DNA from: Kudoa neothunni
Taxonomy: Eukaryota > Animalia > Cnidaria
NCBI GenBank assembly: GCA_964304625.1
Contig: OZ199840.1
Span: 9,284,882-9,348,881, forward strand
Length of the DNA: 64,000 nucleotides
Reading direction: 5' to 3'
Of this stretch, positions 12,439 to 26,711 are shown piece after piece; position 1 is the first letter of the stretch, and every line of letters begins with the position of its first letter. A program made the translations under genes and the position numbers. The notes under the pieces were generated by a model. That model was not told where the DNA came from, made no database searches, and saw only the letters and a list, made by a program, of their open reading frames with translations.

Positions 12439-14816
12439 TTATTGTGGTTGGGATTTAAATTGTTTTATTTTCTTCTTTAGGTATTTGTTATATTTTTTTA
12501 ATTTTTTAACTTGTTCCTCCAGCAAATTTATCCTTTCTTGTGAGATCTGAAAAAAATAGTTGACATATTTTATAACTAGGTAAAAAGACCTGGAATTTTT
12601 TTAAAGAACTTATAATTTCACCATGTAGATTCCGTAATCCTCTATGAATATCTTCCCTATCAGTGCACACACAATGGTTATCTATTAGAATCAGCGAAGT
12701 GAATATTACCTTAAAAAATCTGTACTACTTGTGAGATTATTTGAGATGGTATTTGAGATAGTATTTTGAATGGATTGTTCAAGATAGGTGAGAAAGTTTA
12801 TTTTCTGATTCTCCATCCTGTTAATATCATCGTTGTCAAGAAACATATCCATATCGAAGGAGTATGGCTTGTTGCTGACGTTGAGGCAGGTTTTAAAACT
12901 ATCAGAGAGATTTTTACTGCTACCCGACAAAGAAACGTCGGATAGATCGTTATTTGTTTCCTTTTCAAATAGAAAATTATTGTGTTATTATCTGTAAACG
13001 AATCCTACTTTGACATAAACAGGTGAAACACTGCAGGTGTGATTCATCGTTGGTTGTTTGTGTTGAACAGTGAACCAACTTTTACATTTTTCTATCATCA
13101 TAAAATTAGGTTTATTGATATTTAAGTCCAATCTAATATTTTACTATAAAAATTTTTCGACTTATCTGAGTGGAAGGTAATATTGGAATGGGAACCCACT
13201 GATGTTCTTCCGTAGGCAATGTGGTAATCACTATTACTGCACTTTTGTTGAAGAGGGTTAGCCTGAATTTTAATATATAAAAAATCATTTCACTTAATTT
13301 AAAGTAATGGTATGTGCATATAAAATATTAATTATTGGATGAAAAATAAAGCAGTACCTCGTTTTTTATTTGGTAGTCTTCCGATGTTTTCTCTTGGTGT
13401 TCATTACTCAAATTCTACACAAGAAATACATATTAAAGCATCAAAAGTTAACTCATTCTTTCCTTAATATTAAGTATTATTTACGATTATTTAATTTATA
13501 GAGAACATATCAATTAGTGAGGCGTAAGACTAAATATTTTACCTCAAAACATTCAAAGCGATTATCAACTCTGAGGTCTTTCACAGCACTAGGATGAGCT
13601 TTGATAACTTTTAGCGGTTCCTCCATATTTCTCATATCGAAGAATATTATTTTACCGCTCTTTGTACCAACAACCAATTGCTTGCCATCTTTAGTCTGCT
13701 CAATGCAAGTCAGATTCTCGTGGATGTCAATTGTGTTGATCGCTCTAAACTCTTGATGTCAACATACTTCATTACTATTATGAGTCCTACGTTTTTTCGT
13801 TAATGTCATAGAATGTAATTTTGCCATTTTGATGAGCTCCCATCATTAGTAGGTTGTTTGCATGGGAAAATGTCATATCGACAGTGTTGGAATTAGTCTC
13901 CGAGCTGAGACAGCGAGCATTCGAGGTTTCAATGTCGATCTCATAGAGGTTTCCTCCAGAGGTACAGCAGGCCAGTAGGTTTTTGGAAAATTTAGATGCA
14001 TCTATCTTTGCCACACCCTCAATCTAACCAAAATATTAATATATCACGCTATTATTTGTATAAAGAAAATCGTTATAATTAGTAATCATAATAATACTAG
14101 ATGAAGCAAATAATAACTCTTAACAATATTTAGTTTAAAAAATTACTTGGTTTACATTAGGAAGGGATATCTGTTTGATGGCTTTCTTGTTAGCAACAAG
14201 GGCAAGATCAAATATAGAAATCACTTTTGACTGGGGTTGTTTCGCTTCACAACCAATACACAAATATTGATCGTTGTTTGTGAACGAAAGACACATTGGG
14301 GACAACTCCAATGGCTAAAAATATAATATTTTTCAGAAAATTTATAATGAATCACTTCAAATGCTTGAAGTGGACAATGCGAAGCCGCATCCCACAATAT
14401 AACCATTTTGTCGTTACCACAAGAAGCCAGCAATTGGGATGATTTGTTAGAAAATTCAGCTAACTCAAGCATTATTCCCTGTGATTTACAGAGTTATTAT
14501 GTAGATTGTTTATCAGTGTATTAATAAACAAGATAAAAACCTTATAACCTAACTCATAGCCGCTTTCATTGTTGGTAGGATTAGAATGGATTCTTACACA
14601 CCCATCACCGCCTGTACTTGCTATTAGAGTATCTGGTGTGATTAGTATTAAACAACAAAAGTAAATTTAGAAAAATGTTATACTGTCACAATTCCACGAG
14701 CACGAATTTGTCCAATTACAATGAGGCGCAAACGAATTCACAATTTCGAAAGAATTTATAGAAACCACTTTGATGTCATTGGAACACGATGTAAGATAGG
14801 TGTCGTTATTGTACAT
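12439..14816 (-). CDS. NEDD1: NEDD1 (GCP-WD; gamma-tubulin ring complex recruiter), multi-exon
   Basis: N-terminus YLTSCSNDIKVV..FAPH..SWN, WD40 repeats, VGTKSGKIIFFDMRNMEEPLKVIKAHPSAV, and C-terminal coiled coil FLREDIHRGLRNLHGEII resembling NEDD1 FREACHRDIVNLQVEMI. Confidence 0.8.
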
Positions 14817-15869
14817 TCGAAAATAGTGTCACCTAACAGAAAACTTTCAACAATAATGTCGTAAAAGCGAGTTGTGTCACCAATCTAACACTTACCTAGT
14901 AATCCATGGTAATCTTATTTTCATGTATACAAACAAAATTATTTGTTAATGTACTGTATTCGATTCTTTGCAGACGCGGTAACAGAGTGTCGATAAAAAT
15001 ATTTTTTACGTGTATAATTTTCCAAAAGGTAAACATGATGAGTGACTTTAAGATCTTCGAAGAATAAGACACCTAATTTAGAATAAATTGAAATGTGATT
15101 AAGCTAATTCTTATTCAATTAATACCACCCTAAAAATTCATCCAATGAAGTGCCATTATATTGAATACGCGCTTAAATAAACATTTTATAAAATTATGTG
15201 CAAAAGTCATCATCATAGAAATAAAATTTTCAATCAGCCTTTACTAAATTTAAAGTCGTTTTCACCCCTTAATATAGTTTAGTTTATATTTATAATCAAA
15301 CGCTTAAATTAATAAGGACTTAAAAACAACCCATTTCCAAATAATTGTAAATATAGGATATTAAAGTATGCGTCGTATGTTGGTTTAATTTTAAACTACA
15401 ATTTAATGTTTAATTTTTTGAGTTGGATGTAAAATAAGTTATCAATGAATAAATATATTTCGAAATTTATAATAAAGGAATTCCTGTATTGTTAAATCAT
15501 TCTATGAGGGCAATAGTGATAAAAACGTCTCCAATGAATAAAAATTTATACAATGTTTTAAAAAAACACCACATGTTTGATCAATATTTAATTAGCATTA
15601 ATTTCATTTAAATGTAATTTTAATATTTTGTCAATTGTTAGGTGGCACTTTTGTACTAATTAGTATTATTTATTATTAATTATTGATCAAAGTAAATCAA
15701 TAGGCAGGTATAATACCAATAAATATAAAATAATAATATGTTAAAATAGGGTTTCCTTTTGAATGGAAAAAACTATTATTATATCGCTATTTACAAGAAA
15801 ACGAGGAATTATATAAGAATCTTCAATGTGAATTGTTTAAATTGTTCTAAAGAGTTTAATTAAGAGCGA

Positions 15870-16260
15870 ATATGGGTATTTTGGAGCAACACATTTATAA
15901 TCTTTTGGATCGATGAAGGCGCCGCAAAAAAATAAAATGAGAAATAAATGAAATAGTATTAAAATAATGGATATTTTAAACCTAAATAAATAATTTGTTC
16001 TTTGGAACAAAAAGATGCAATATAAAGAAAATAAATGTTTATACCAAGGGTAATTGTAAATTCTGTGACACCTGCGATAAACGTCACTTTCCGCGCATTT
16101 TTCTTGCATTCTTTTTTACGATTTTGTCACTATTAAAAAAATAATATGCATAATACGAATTAACATTAAAAAGTAACTTCTAAATTTTGATCAAATCCTA
16201 TTTCGAAAAAAGTGGAGGCCATGTTGACTCTGTTATGTGGTAATATACCACTGAAATCCC
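15870..16260 (-). mobile_element. piggyBac transposase C-terminal remnant
   Basis: TWPPLF (RRWP-like) followed by RRCHR..C..C-type cysteine-rich tail fragments. Confidence 0.45.
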
Positions 16261-16779
16261 TATTTCTTCTAAGTTAACTACTTCAACTCATTGTTCCAAT
16301 GGTTTAAAAATTATAATATTCTTAAGATTCGTATTATTGAAAAATATGAGTGAGTAAGCAATTTACAACATCTTATAGTTGTTCACCGGCATAATTTAAT
16401 TCAATATTTACATAATGGATGAAATAATTTGTATAATTCGAATTTAACTTTCAGATACATTTTTTTAGTTTATATATTTTTTTAATTAGTTTATTTCTAC
16501 GACAAACAAAGATATGCTCATTTTATTATAAAATTGCCATTATGAAATATTTTTAACCATATGAATTCACTATATTTTAAATTTGAGAAAAAAAAAATTT
16601 CAACAATTAATCATTATAAACTTTTTAAAAATAGAAAATAAAACTCGTATTATAAACTTTAATATTTTGGGCTTAATTTTTTTCATACACGTGGTTAACA
16701 AAATTGGATGTCTAATTTTTTTTAATACTTTTAAAAATAGCGATTATATTTTAATTATTTTAATGTGTTTGATCTAAAT

Positions 16780-17792
16780 ACGTGTTTCTATGGGTTAATT
16801 TAAAGAATTAATGTATTTTTTAATCGTTTATTGAGATTTTCCAATGAAGGATATTCCCGAGAAGATATAATATGCTGAGAAGTACGTTTTCGTATTCATA
16901 GTATATGTAAACATACACCCTTTTAGCCGATTCTCCAAGAATTTCAGGTAATTCACTAAATCCCTAAATTTTGCGTAATATCAGAAATTTGGGAGTATTT
17001 ATTTTTACACAATGAATTGTTCATAGCATTGACCTTAATGATGAAGATATACTAAGATCATGCGTATTGTAAGGAATCTAACGTTTATGAACATAAAAAT
17101 GGTGCAATACTAATTGATTCTGATGATTCACTCATCGAAAAAAGAGAAAGTATTTGCAGCTTGGCCAAACCCAAAACGTCTTCAGAAATATGATGAATTT
17201 TATACAAGGCGTGACTGTTTGCGAAACGCAAAGAATTAATTATAAAAGACTGTTTTCATTTTTTTATTAATGTCAAGTTGAATTATCTTTAAAATTGATA
17301 TAATAAATTTTATTATAATTTTTGGTTTATGTTTCTAAATACATAATCAACTCTTATTAGTAACTATTATTTAAAATTCATAATTAAAGAATATTTCTGT
17401 AATTATAATTTATTTTTTAGAGAATAAAACGACGTACATTAGATATAATGGCAGAATTGCGAATCATTTCATTTCATTTTGAATATACCGTTTTACAGAT
17501 ATTTAATTTGATATATTCTTCAAAATAACAAAATATCCATTTTTATAAAAATAATCTTTATTATCGTCCGTTATAATTTCATCATATTATCAAAAGTTAT
17601 CAAAATTAGTCGTATAAAAGTAGGCGATTAAAATTATAAACGGACATTTTATACACATAAAAAGGTGTAACAAATAATTTTGATACAGAATTAATGAGGT
17701 TGTTTATTTTTACATGAATTTTTTGAATTAACATAAAATAGGTTAATTAAAAATCTTGGATCTATTTTGACCCCAATTTGACTCCGAAGAGA
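16780..17792 (+). mobile_element. Deleted piggyBac copy related to 36790-37960
   Basis: 17175-17240 resembles 37125-37190 (atgaatttt..caag..gtgact..caaag.at). Right-end sequence gaccccaatttgactccgaagag resembles aaccccagttatactccgagggg. Confidence 0.5.
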
Positions 17793-19140
17793 TGTGAATC
17801 AATGTGCATAAAAATATATAATTACTAAATTATAATTGAATTATTTTATGAGTTACTTCACCAAGAATAATGTAAAAGTTAAATTGATCAATTTAATCGT
17901 AGTTTACTTATTTTTAATATTCAGCGTGAGTATAAAATGGCGTTATTCGCAATTACAGTAAAATCCATTAAAATTTTAGTTTCTTTATTTGTTATATTAT
18001 AGTTTTTAAAATTTATTTAATAAATACAACAGATTACAGAATTTAAACTTCTCATACTGAGCATTTTTATAACACCTTTTAGTAATAAAGAAATTAGGGT
18101 TTAAAAATTTTAAAAGCCATCACGTGAATCATCATTCAAGTCACCGAAATCAAGAAAATTTTAAAGTTTGATTTGTAGCCTTTAAATGTTTTTATTGTGG
18201 AGGTTATCCGATTAGTAGGTGCATTTTTATTTTCTACAGAGACAGTTATTTAAATGATTGCGAAACTTAAACCCTACTGAGGTAATGTGATCACGTTTTA
18301 ACAAATTTTATTGATCGTTCCAAATATTCGTAGCCTTTATAAATAACTTTCAGAAGAAATAATTAATTGTTCCGCCGTTTCAATGACAACTCTGTAAGCT
18401 GTAGCAGCTAATTATTCTAAATTACATTAATTAATGACTTCCTCGGGGAATTAGACGGTTGAGTGTGAGAGCATTTTTATTACGTAACCGATAGGAAATA
18501 ATTCGGAGGCTTTCTTAAAAATTTCACACAAGCGAACCCCATTCATAAAAAATGGTTATACGAGTGAGTGAGGTTCACCTAAAAACTTGGATCTACCAGC
18601 AAAAAACCCAAAAGTGACTTTTCCTTGACTTTGAATTTAATATTTTATCATCTACAGAGCTCCTCCCAAATGAATCAGAAATTGGATGTGGTAACTCTGT
18701 TTTATAGCTGACATTAACTAGAAGGAACATACTGAAGGTGAATTTATCCTCGGAATTAGAATAGGATTAACTGAAAACTTTCCTAGCGTCTGCTTCTGCA
18801 TCATTACAGAAAAATCTTGATCTCACAAGAACTGATCATAGTTAGTCTAGTTTTTGGAACCAGAATTGGATGTGCATCGAATTAGATTTATGTTATTATA
18901 TTGTAAAAGGTCTAGTTGGAATTATATGTTTCGTAAATTAGTTATTTTTATTTTTGCCGTTGCTCTTTGAACACGAAAAATCAAACGAATGTGAATTAAC
19001 GTAATTTTGAAACTAGTATCGAGAGTTAAGTGAGTTAAATAATAATCTTCGGAGCATGTATGATGGAACAACATATGTCGATAATTGCGAAGGTGTCAAT
19101 GGAGTTATTATATATTCTAATTATATAAACCCAAATTCTT

Positions 19141-21389
19141 TTATTGCATGTCTTTTGAATCTGACGAATTTCGATTTTGATTTTTTCGTTGGGGAGAATT
19201 TACAGTCGCTTTGCCAACCCTGACAGTGAGTTGAGGATTTCCAGATGAGTTCGACTGGGGTGACAATTGGGTTTCGAGGGGTAGATCGGATAAATCAAGA
19301 TAAGTTACATTATTATTGTTGTTGTTGTTGTTGTCGTTAGTGGTGTTTTGAATAGTATTAGTAGTAGTGTCAGTAATGATGGGGTTGGTGATAAAATCAC
19401 CGTCAGTGGTGGTGTTGCTCTCGTTGAGGGCGGAGAAAACGACATCAACCTCGGACTCACTGACTCTTACTTTTCGGTTTTCTCTCGAATCAGAGCTTTA
19501 AGAGAATTTAACTCTAAATGATAAAAGTCATAGGATTACCGGTGATTTCTCGATCTGTCTTGAGTAAGAAAACCTTTAGCGTAGGGATTGCGTTCGATCT
19601 TCAATCTAGTGATCTATTCATAATGGAAATATTATTGTAAAACAACCCGATATTACAACAAATACCAGCTTATTTTGGTAGGCCGTTACCGCAAAAAAAC
19701 AGGTTTGATCAAACGAGTTGTTATACACCACGCAGAAGATATTGCCGGGCATTTGAGCTGCCACAATCAATCGAAAATTGTAAAGATGCATCGACTTTAG
19801 GAGGAAATGGTTATCTCTGCAGGCTTGATGGTTGGTCAATTTGATGTATTTGAAGGTGAGAGTTCTTCCCTCTAGATACTCACCTACTTTGCCGGAATCA
19901 GGATGTTCAATGAAGTTGGTGGGTGTGTCGTAGACCTCATGTTTGCTTGGTGACCATCCTTTTCCCTCCATGTATTTCCATCGGATTGGATTGATCTGCT
20001 CGATGCCAACTTGAATCGAATATTTCATATGAGGAATAAGTCCAGTGACTCGCACCGCGAAGTAGGGAAATGTGCGTCGTCCGCACTTGGTGATGATCAT
20101 TTCATTGCCAACGTCGTAGAAAGCTTTCCAGCTGTTAGGGTCGACCAACTCCACATTGAAGTATGGTCCACAGTAGCTTTGTGGTATGTTGGAACCATGG
20201 TGCATTCCATGAAGGTGTTGTACGTTATTCGATTGGTCAATAAGGATGGCGTTAGTTGGCACACTATGTGATATGTATTCCATTGGTAGTGTTCTTGAAG
20301 TGCCATTTTCTTGAATGGGATTGACGTTTTGGGTTTGCATTTGTTGCTGGTCACAGATATAACCACCACTTTCCAATGACACAAACTTGTTATTCACTAG
20401 ATATTTCGATTACAAAAAACAAATACAAAAAATAATCAAATGAGCGTGTATAGTTGCATTGAAACTTTATTCTAGATTCACTAACGTAAACATTTAACCT
20501 GCCCATGAGAATAGTAGACCATTCATACACATTCCCCAGATAGATAGTCTCAACTTGTGAAAATTGATATTTTAATAATAAAAATTACTTGTTGGATTTG
20601 GAGGTTCTAATAAACGTTAAAAGTGCCTATCTATAATTGTATTTACCGTATGGAGGGCCAGCTAGAATGAATGTACCAACTGCTGGCTGTTGATTAGCCA
20701 TACCATTTGCTGGAGCAACTTGATGGTAGTTGGTACCATTCGGTAACACTGAGTGTACAACATTTTCAGATTTGGAGAGGTCGTGAGTGATATCGTTTGT
20801 GATGTACAGTTTGTCGAGGTTGGTTTCTAGATAGGGAGCATAATTCACACCCATCATTTGTGCAGGTATGTTCGTGCAGGAGAATGCATTGGGAGTGATT
20901 TCATTGTTACCGTTGCTGTTGTTGTTGTGATTGTGATTGTAATTGTTAGAGTTGTTGGTGCATAACAAATTTGTACTATTTTCAAGCAAATGAGCCCCAA
21001 TGTTCTCAAGAACATTTGATGGAGATGAATTAAATGTGTTCAGGGCATTATCTAGATTTAAATTTCTCGTAACACCGTTATTCTCAACTGAATTGCTGGT
21101 TAATGCTGAAGTTTGGGTGTTTGTCATGCTCATATAATTAGAGGCCATATTAAGAGAAATCAAATCAGAATTTCTCAGGTTGTTTGTTACAGATGGAGGG
21201 GACACTTTAGACTGGATATTTTTCGACAAATCTATGTAAAGATATTTATCGAATGTTCCTCACATACATACATCTAACCAACTTACTTTTTAGGTAGTGG
21301 GATGTATTTTGACCTCCATTTACTCCATTTTCTGAAGGTCTTCCATTGTTATTGATGCCATTTATGTTGTTATTGAAATTTTGCTCCAT
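19141..21389 (-). CDS. T-box transcription factor (divergent; Brachyury-like RWKY motif), ~7 exons
   Basis: Motifs WKAF..NEMIITKCGRRTFP, RWKY, HPDS, KLTN, LKSMHLY, FFAVTAYQN and ITRLKIERNPYAKGF. Asn-rich N-terminal exons (20627-21229 ORF) and a C-terminal exon ending TAA at 19141. Confidence 0.9.
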
Positions 21390-22429
21390 TTTTCTCTTAA
21401 CGATTGTCAATGTCAAGTTTTTGTAACGTGTTTGAAAAAATTTCTAGGGTGGTAAATTTATTACTTTTTCTCGCCTAACTTTTGTCAAATAATGAACTAG
21501 GGAAGATCCTTTAAATCTTTTTCTAACTAAATTGGCTACAAGTTCTTTGAATGAACTTTGGCGTTGGGTCGAAATTTTCAAATCATTCATAAAACAAAAC
21601 TCTATAGCTATAAATCTGAGATCTCACACTCTACAATCATTTCAACGTTTACCATTGTATCTATCATTAATTGGTTTTAGTTTTATCTCACTCTAGTTAG
21701 CGATTTGCTATAGAAACATTGTTTCGGCGTCAAAAAATTCATTGCAAATAATAATGTTAGCCTACTTGGTTTTAAATTGCCGATTAAATATTAAAAAAGA
21801 GTTATTAAATTGGCACTTTTATATGCATCTTAAAACAAGGTTTATCACCCAATTTAATATGCCTAATTTTTGGTGTTACGTTTCTACCAATAAAGATGAG
21901 TATATTGACCTTTAAAGGTATTGCTGTGAGTGTGGTCAATTCAAAATTAAGAATGCATTGAATTTCCCATCAACTTATTAACAACTATAAATGTAACCAT
22001 GCTGATTAACTAAAACACTAAAACTTCGATTCACAATATAATAAATGGCCGGTTACAATTCAGTCCATGTATACAATGAACAATTTATTCAATACCTTAT
22101 CTTAGAGTTTAGGACTTATAATTTAGACCTTAGAATCGTTGCTAAAACAATTATACCCTAAATTTGTTCCCGATATTTTGTGTGGATTTACTTTCTTCCT
22201 ATAATTATATGGAGCGAGGAAAATTCTGATATCATTTCAACTATTAGACTGGAAGGTTCTCATGATTTCTAGGCATGAACATCCTGAAAACCAACCATTT
22301 ACCTAGGGAGTCACCAACAGAAATTAAATCTAACTTTAAGAGTTAACGCCATATCAAATCCTTCTGCTTATTAGCTTATAATTGTTCACACTTCAATAAG
22401 AGTGTTAAAAATATATGAAGAATTTTAGT

Positions 22430-23167
22430 TTAGGCGTCATCATCTTCGTCGTTGGCGACGCCGTTATCGGGTGGCAGAATCTGGTCTGGCCTAGGGCTTG
22501 CTTCTAAATGGCGCAAAATCGAAAAAAACTGCTTGTATAAAGATAATAGCTATTACTTTCTTCTAATGGGGAGGCTTTTGCCACTTTTTCTTTAACTAAA
22601 CGTCCATAATTTGTATCAGCCATGGCAAAAGTTCGGTTACTCATCAATAAAGTTTTGATAATTCTGTTGTAACCTTCATCGTCATCATCATCATCCTCAT
22701 CCTCATCATCATTTTCGTCATCATCTACCTTCATACCTTTGAAAATTTCGGCATACGCACGCCCTTTTTGTTCATCCAATATTGCTAATACTTTTGCAGC
22801 ACTATTCAATCCAATTCAAGATTAACAACAACTTCAAACGATAAATTACGTTTCTAGAGGAATGTTTGATTCGACCAATTTGTGAAGCTGATCATTAGTA
22901 AGGGTGGGGACGTTTGCTTCTAAATCTATTTGGTTCTAAAATTAGAGATGAACACCCAGGTCACCTCTTTCTGAAATATCTTCATTTACGTTCGTTTTTC
23001 TCAAACTAAACTTTATATATAAATTCCGAACGCGTGAGCACATACCTCTTTGGTGGTGCAGCTGGTTTAGTTTTTATGCCTAAACCTCCAAATAACGTTC
23101 CAAGTCGTTTACTTGCTTCTGCAATCGAGGGCCAAGGAAATGCAACGCCATCCTTACCGATTGCCAT
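22430..23167 (-). CDS. Uncharacterised spliced protein with poly-Asp/Glu tract
   Basis: ATG at 23167 (MAIGKDGVAFPWPSIAEASKRLG..). GT-AG exons join in compatible phase through DDDENDDEDEDDDDDDEG to ..NDEDDDA*. No family recognised. Confidence 0.65.
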
Positions 23168-23279
23168 TTTTATTCCTTTGGTGACTAAACTTTATATAAA
23201 ATATAATATTTTTGTTTATAACTCTCGAAAAATACTGAAATTTAATGGGTTGATCCCCTTTGTCTTTGTTAACTAAAGA

Positions 23280-26200
23280 TTTAGCTTCATAATCGGAACT
23301 ATTTTCATGTAAAATAGTCAAGCCACCATATTCCTATTCACTTTAAAACTTTCGCTTCGATATCCTTGTTCCAGATAAACATAGACACCAACCAGATCTT
23401 GCATATATGTTCCCACATATTTCCAATTTGATTATATCCGATGAATTTTTCAAGTTTTTATATTGCTTGGTAAACAATTAACCTTCAATCGCTTGAATAT
23501 AAAACAACAAGACTTATTTACAACTAAAAGTGTATTCAGTAATATCTGTTACTTTTGTAGCAATATCTAAAACCCTCTTGAGTTATCTCAATTTTTATTA
23601 TATGAATTACTGCCATTGATTTGGTATTAAAACTAAAATTAGTAAGTTTATAATTGGTTAACAGTTCGAAAAATACATTATATAGCATCAGCTATTATTC
23701 TTTTTTAAATCGTCAGATAAACAGGAGTTGTTTACAGTAAATGTCATTAAGGGGCATTTTGCAATTACATCCTAAACATTCTACCAACAATATCATTGAA
23801 GTGAACTTATATGTATACAATGATTCACTCATTTAATGTCTATTTCTTCTATTAAACTTGCTAAACTCAATTGATATATATATCTTTTATTGTTGTCGTG
23901 GTTTTACTAATATTCTATAAATAAACAGATATATAACGAAAACCAAACATTACATCTGAGCAGAAAAATAAATAGATTTTATTTTTTTAAGTTAGAAAAA
24001 TATCTCAGGAAATGAATTAAACAAACTTGCTCAATTATTGGGCACTAATAATTAAGCGCGCCTGGAGTCCAATAGATTCCAGGTCATATTAGAATTCAAT
24101 TATTTAGCATTAAAAAAATAATCACAGCACTAAGTATAACCATAAAAAGTATTACTGTTTAATTTTATGTAATAATTTTTGTATTCAATCCAATATTACA
24201 ACAAATAAATGATATTTACAAATATTGTTCCTTTGGCGATATATTAGAGCCAAGCAATCGAATCATTGAAACAATAAACAAAAATGTTAGGAATTTTGTA
24301 GTTAATTTATTAGAATGTCCGTCGAAGAGATTTTGAGAAAAATAATGGTGATAATTTTCCATGAGTTGTTATGAAAATACGATTTTTTTCAGATACTTTT
24401 ATTGAGAAATCATAATCTAATCTCGAAAATAATTATCAAATATTGAAAATCATTAGATGTGAGGTTTCTTCAATTAATTCAGCCTATCTTTTACGACGAC
24501 ATTACTCCAGTAATTTATGTTGTGAAAAAAAACATTATTAGAATGGAGGAATTTCGAATATTACCAAACATTTGAGTAAACATGCGATTCATAGGAATTC
24601 TTTTGATCGGATAATTATAAAAAGGTCAAATAAATGATCAAAATAAATGACTTTATGTTACAAAATAAATACTACTCGGTCAACTAAGCAAAAAAAATGC
24701 ATAATAATGATGAGACGTTGGAAGAAAACGAGTTCTTTCTGAGACTGGTTGCCAGGTCTTCCATCGTACCTAGGTGTTTTCATAGAATTACTGCCACTCT
24801 TTCTCCTCCTATGATATAAGATGTTTTCAAATATGCACTGGTTCTCCAAAATGAAATATGTAATATATTTGATAGGCTCGCCATCAACACCACTAAAATT
24901 ATCGATAATACACGCCAAGCCAATCTAAAAGAGAACTTTGTCAACAAAACGCTATACTTGTACGATAAGAGTTTAGATAAAACTCAAAATCGATTTTTTT
25001 CGAACCAATGTCATCCGAACCATATTCACTTCTCCAAAGAAACATCCATACAAGCTTACACGCCAGTTGAAAAAATAATAAAATTTCAGTCTTAAAATGT
25101 GTTCGCTCAACTCAATAAATTTTCTTCCTCCGTTGTTTTCACCCATAATAAAATAACAAATGTCTCAAATAAGGCTTTTGAGTTGAAAATATTCTATACC
25201 AAGGTAGTTTGGTGAGTAGAAACATCGGATTTCTGTCTGTAATGTATTATTAAGGTTTCTAAAAAAATATCTACTTCAAATTAAGTATTGGAAAATTTGT
25301 TGCTATCGTATAAAAAGAATACCAAAGAAGAAACGTTGCGAATCATACTGATGATGTGCCACTATATAATCTCGTAATGATAAACAAAAGTAGTATATAT
25401 ACTGCTGAAAACGCCAATCTATGTGAATGCATCAATAAAAGAATCAAGGCTGCTCTGTGAATTGAAAAAAGTTTATTTAATGTGTGTTGTCTAACAGTTA
25501 TAAAGATTTTTTGTAGGAACGATCTAGAGTTTTCCTTTTTTTCACTGGTGGATATCAAAGCTGCACTCAATGTTGGTGAAAACAATGGAGACTTGTATTC
25601 TAATTTCTAAAAATAGATATGGCCAAACGAGAGGTTTCTGTGTTTTTTTTAAGTAATGAGTTTTAATTTTCCTCAAACTATAGTGTATAAAACATTTTTA
25701 GTACGGGATTAATCTCGCCATTACCTACTCTATGTTATTTGAGAAATATGTTTATGATTGAATTTTCATATCCTATCAAAATATCTTTTCTTAAATACAC
25801 TGATATCTCTAAGCAGGTATATAAGTCATATGCAATCTCATATATTGGATTCTCGAAAAAATTTAAAGGAAAACTTTCAAATCTATCTCATTAATCATCC
25901 GATTTTTATGAGAACCCTAAATTTTTAGAAAAATTATTTAACCATGCAAAAAACGATTCCAGCAAGTTTATCATCAGATACATCGACAAAGACTTGATTG
26001 AAGGTTAAATACTTGCGCAAATCATAGATATCTACGAAAATAAAACGGACACAAAAATCATTCAAGGTATTTCCATCCAAAAATTCCCCTCTCCTAGGAT
26101 CCAGATCAATTATATTAAACAACACATTGATAATGATTCAGGCCTTGTTGAATGTACAACCTCTAAGCATTTGGGGTCCCTACATTCATGGCTTAAAAAG

Positions 26201-26400
26201 GAAATCTATAATAGTTTCTGGCTAGAGTTTCCTCTGCAAATTGTTTCAACCAGAAAAACAAAATGGTAGTTTCACCCACTCTTTTTATAATCTTCTATTA
26301 ATCGTTTAATAACCCATACTACTTAAATATCGATTTAAAAATAATTCTGTCTTCCTTTTTTCATATATTCTAAGATTGTATAATTATTCATTGAGATTTA
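23280..26400 (-). pseudogene. Possible decayed or divergent multi-exon gene(s), unidentified
   Basis: Several exon-sized coding-like blocks (24658-24918, 25343-25585, 25934-26125) with splice-like ends and hydrophobic segments, but frequent stops. Confidence 0.25.
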
Positions 26401-26711
26401 CAAATAAAATTTTGCTTAAATTAATAGAAAATTCAATAACTTTTTTATATTTACTTCTTAATAGAAGAAATGGCAATAACTAAACAAAGTTAAAAATAAT
26501 ATAAATCGAGTAGTTTAACATCTAACGTTTAATGCGGTACATGTGTGTTCAATTGTATTTTTTCTGAATAATATCAATTTTTATAAAATTCCTATTATGG
26601 TCGTAAAATGCGAAAAAATAATTAAACGATGTATCAAATAACATTAAAATAAATATATTTTATTCTTAATTCTTTATTCTTTATTATTGGAGATTATTCT
26701 TTAATTATAAA

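Noticed and set aside
20011-20384. Overlapping and antisense ORFs in the T-box gene (likewise those over SIKE, Kunitz, MDH, RPL27 and AQR)
   Set aside because: Shadow frames of real coding exons.
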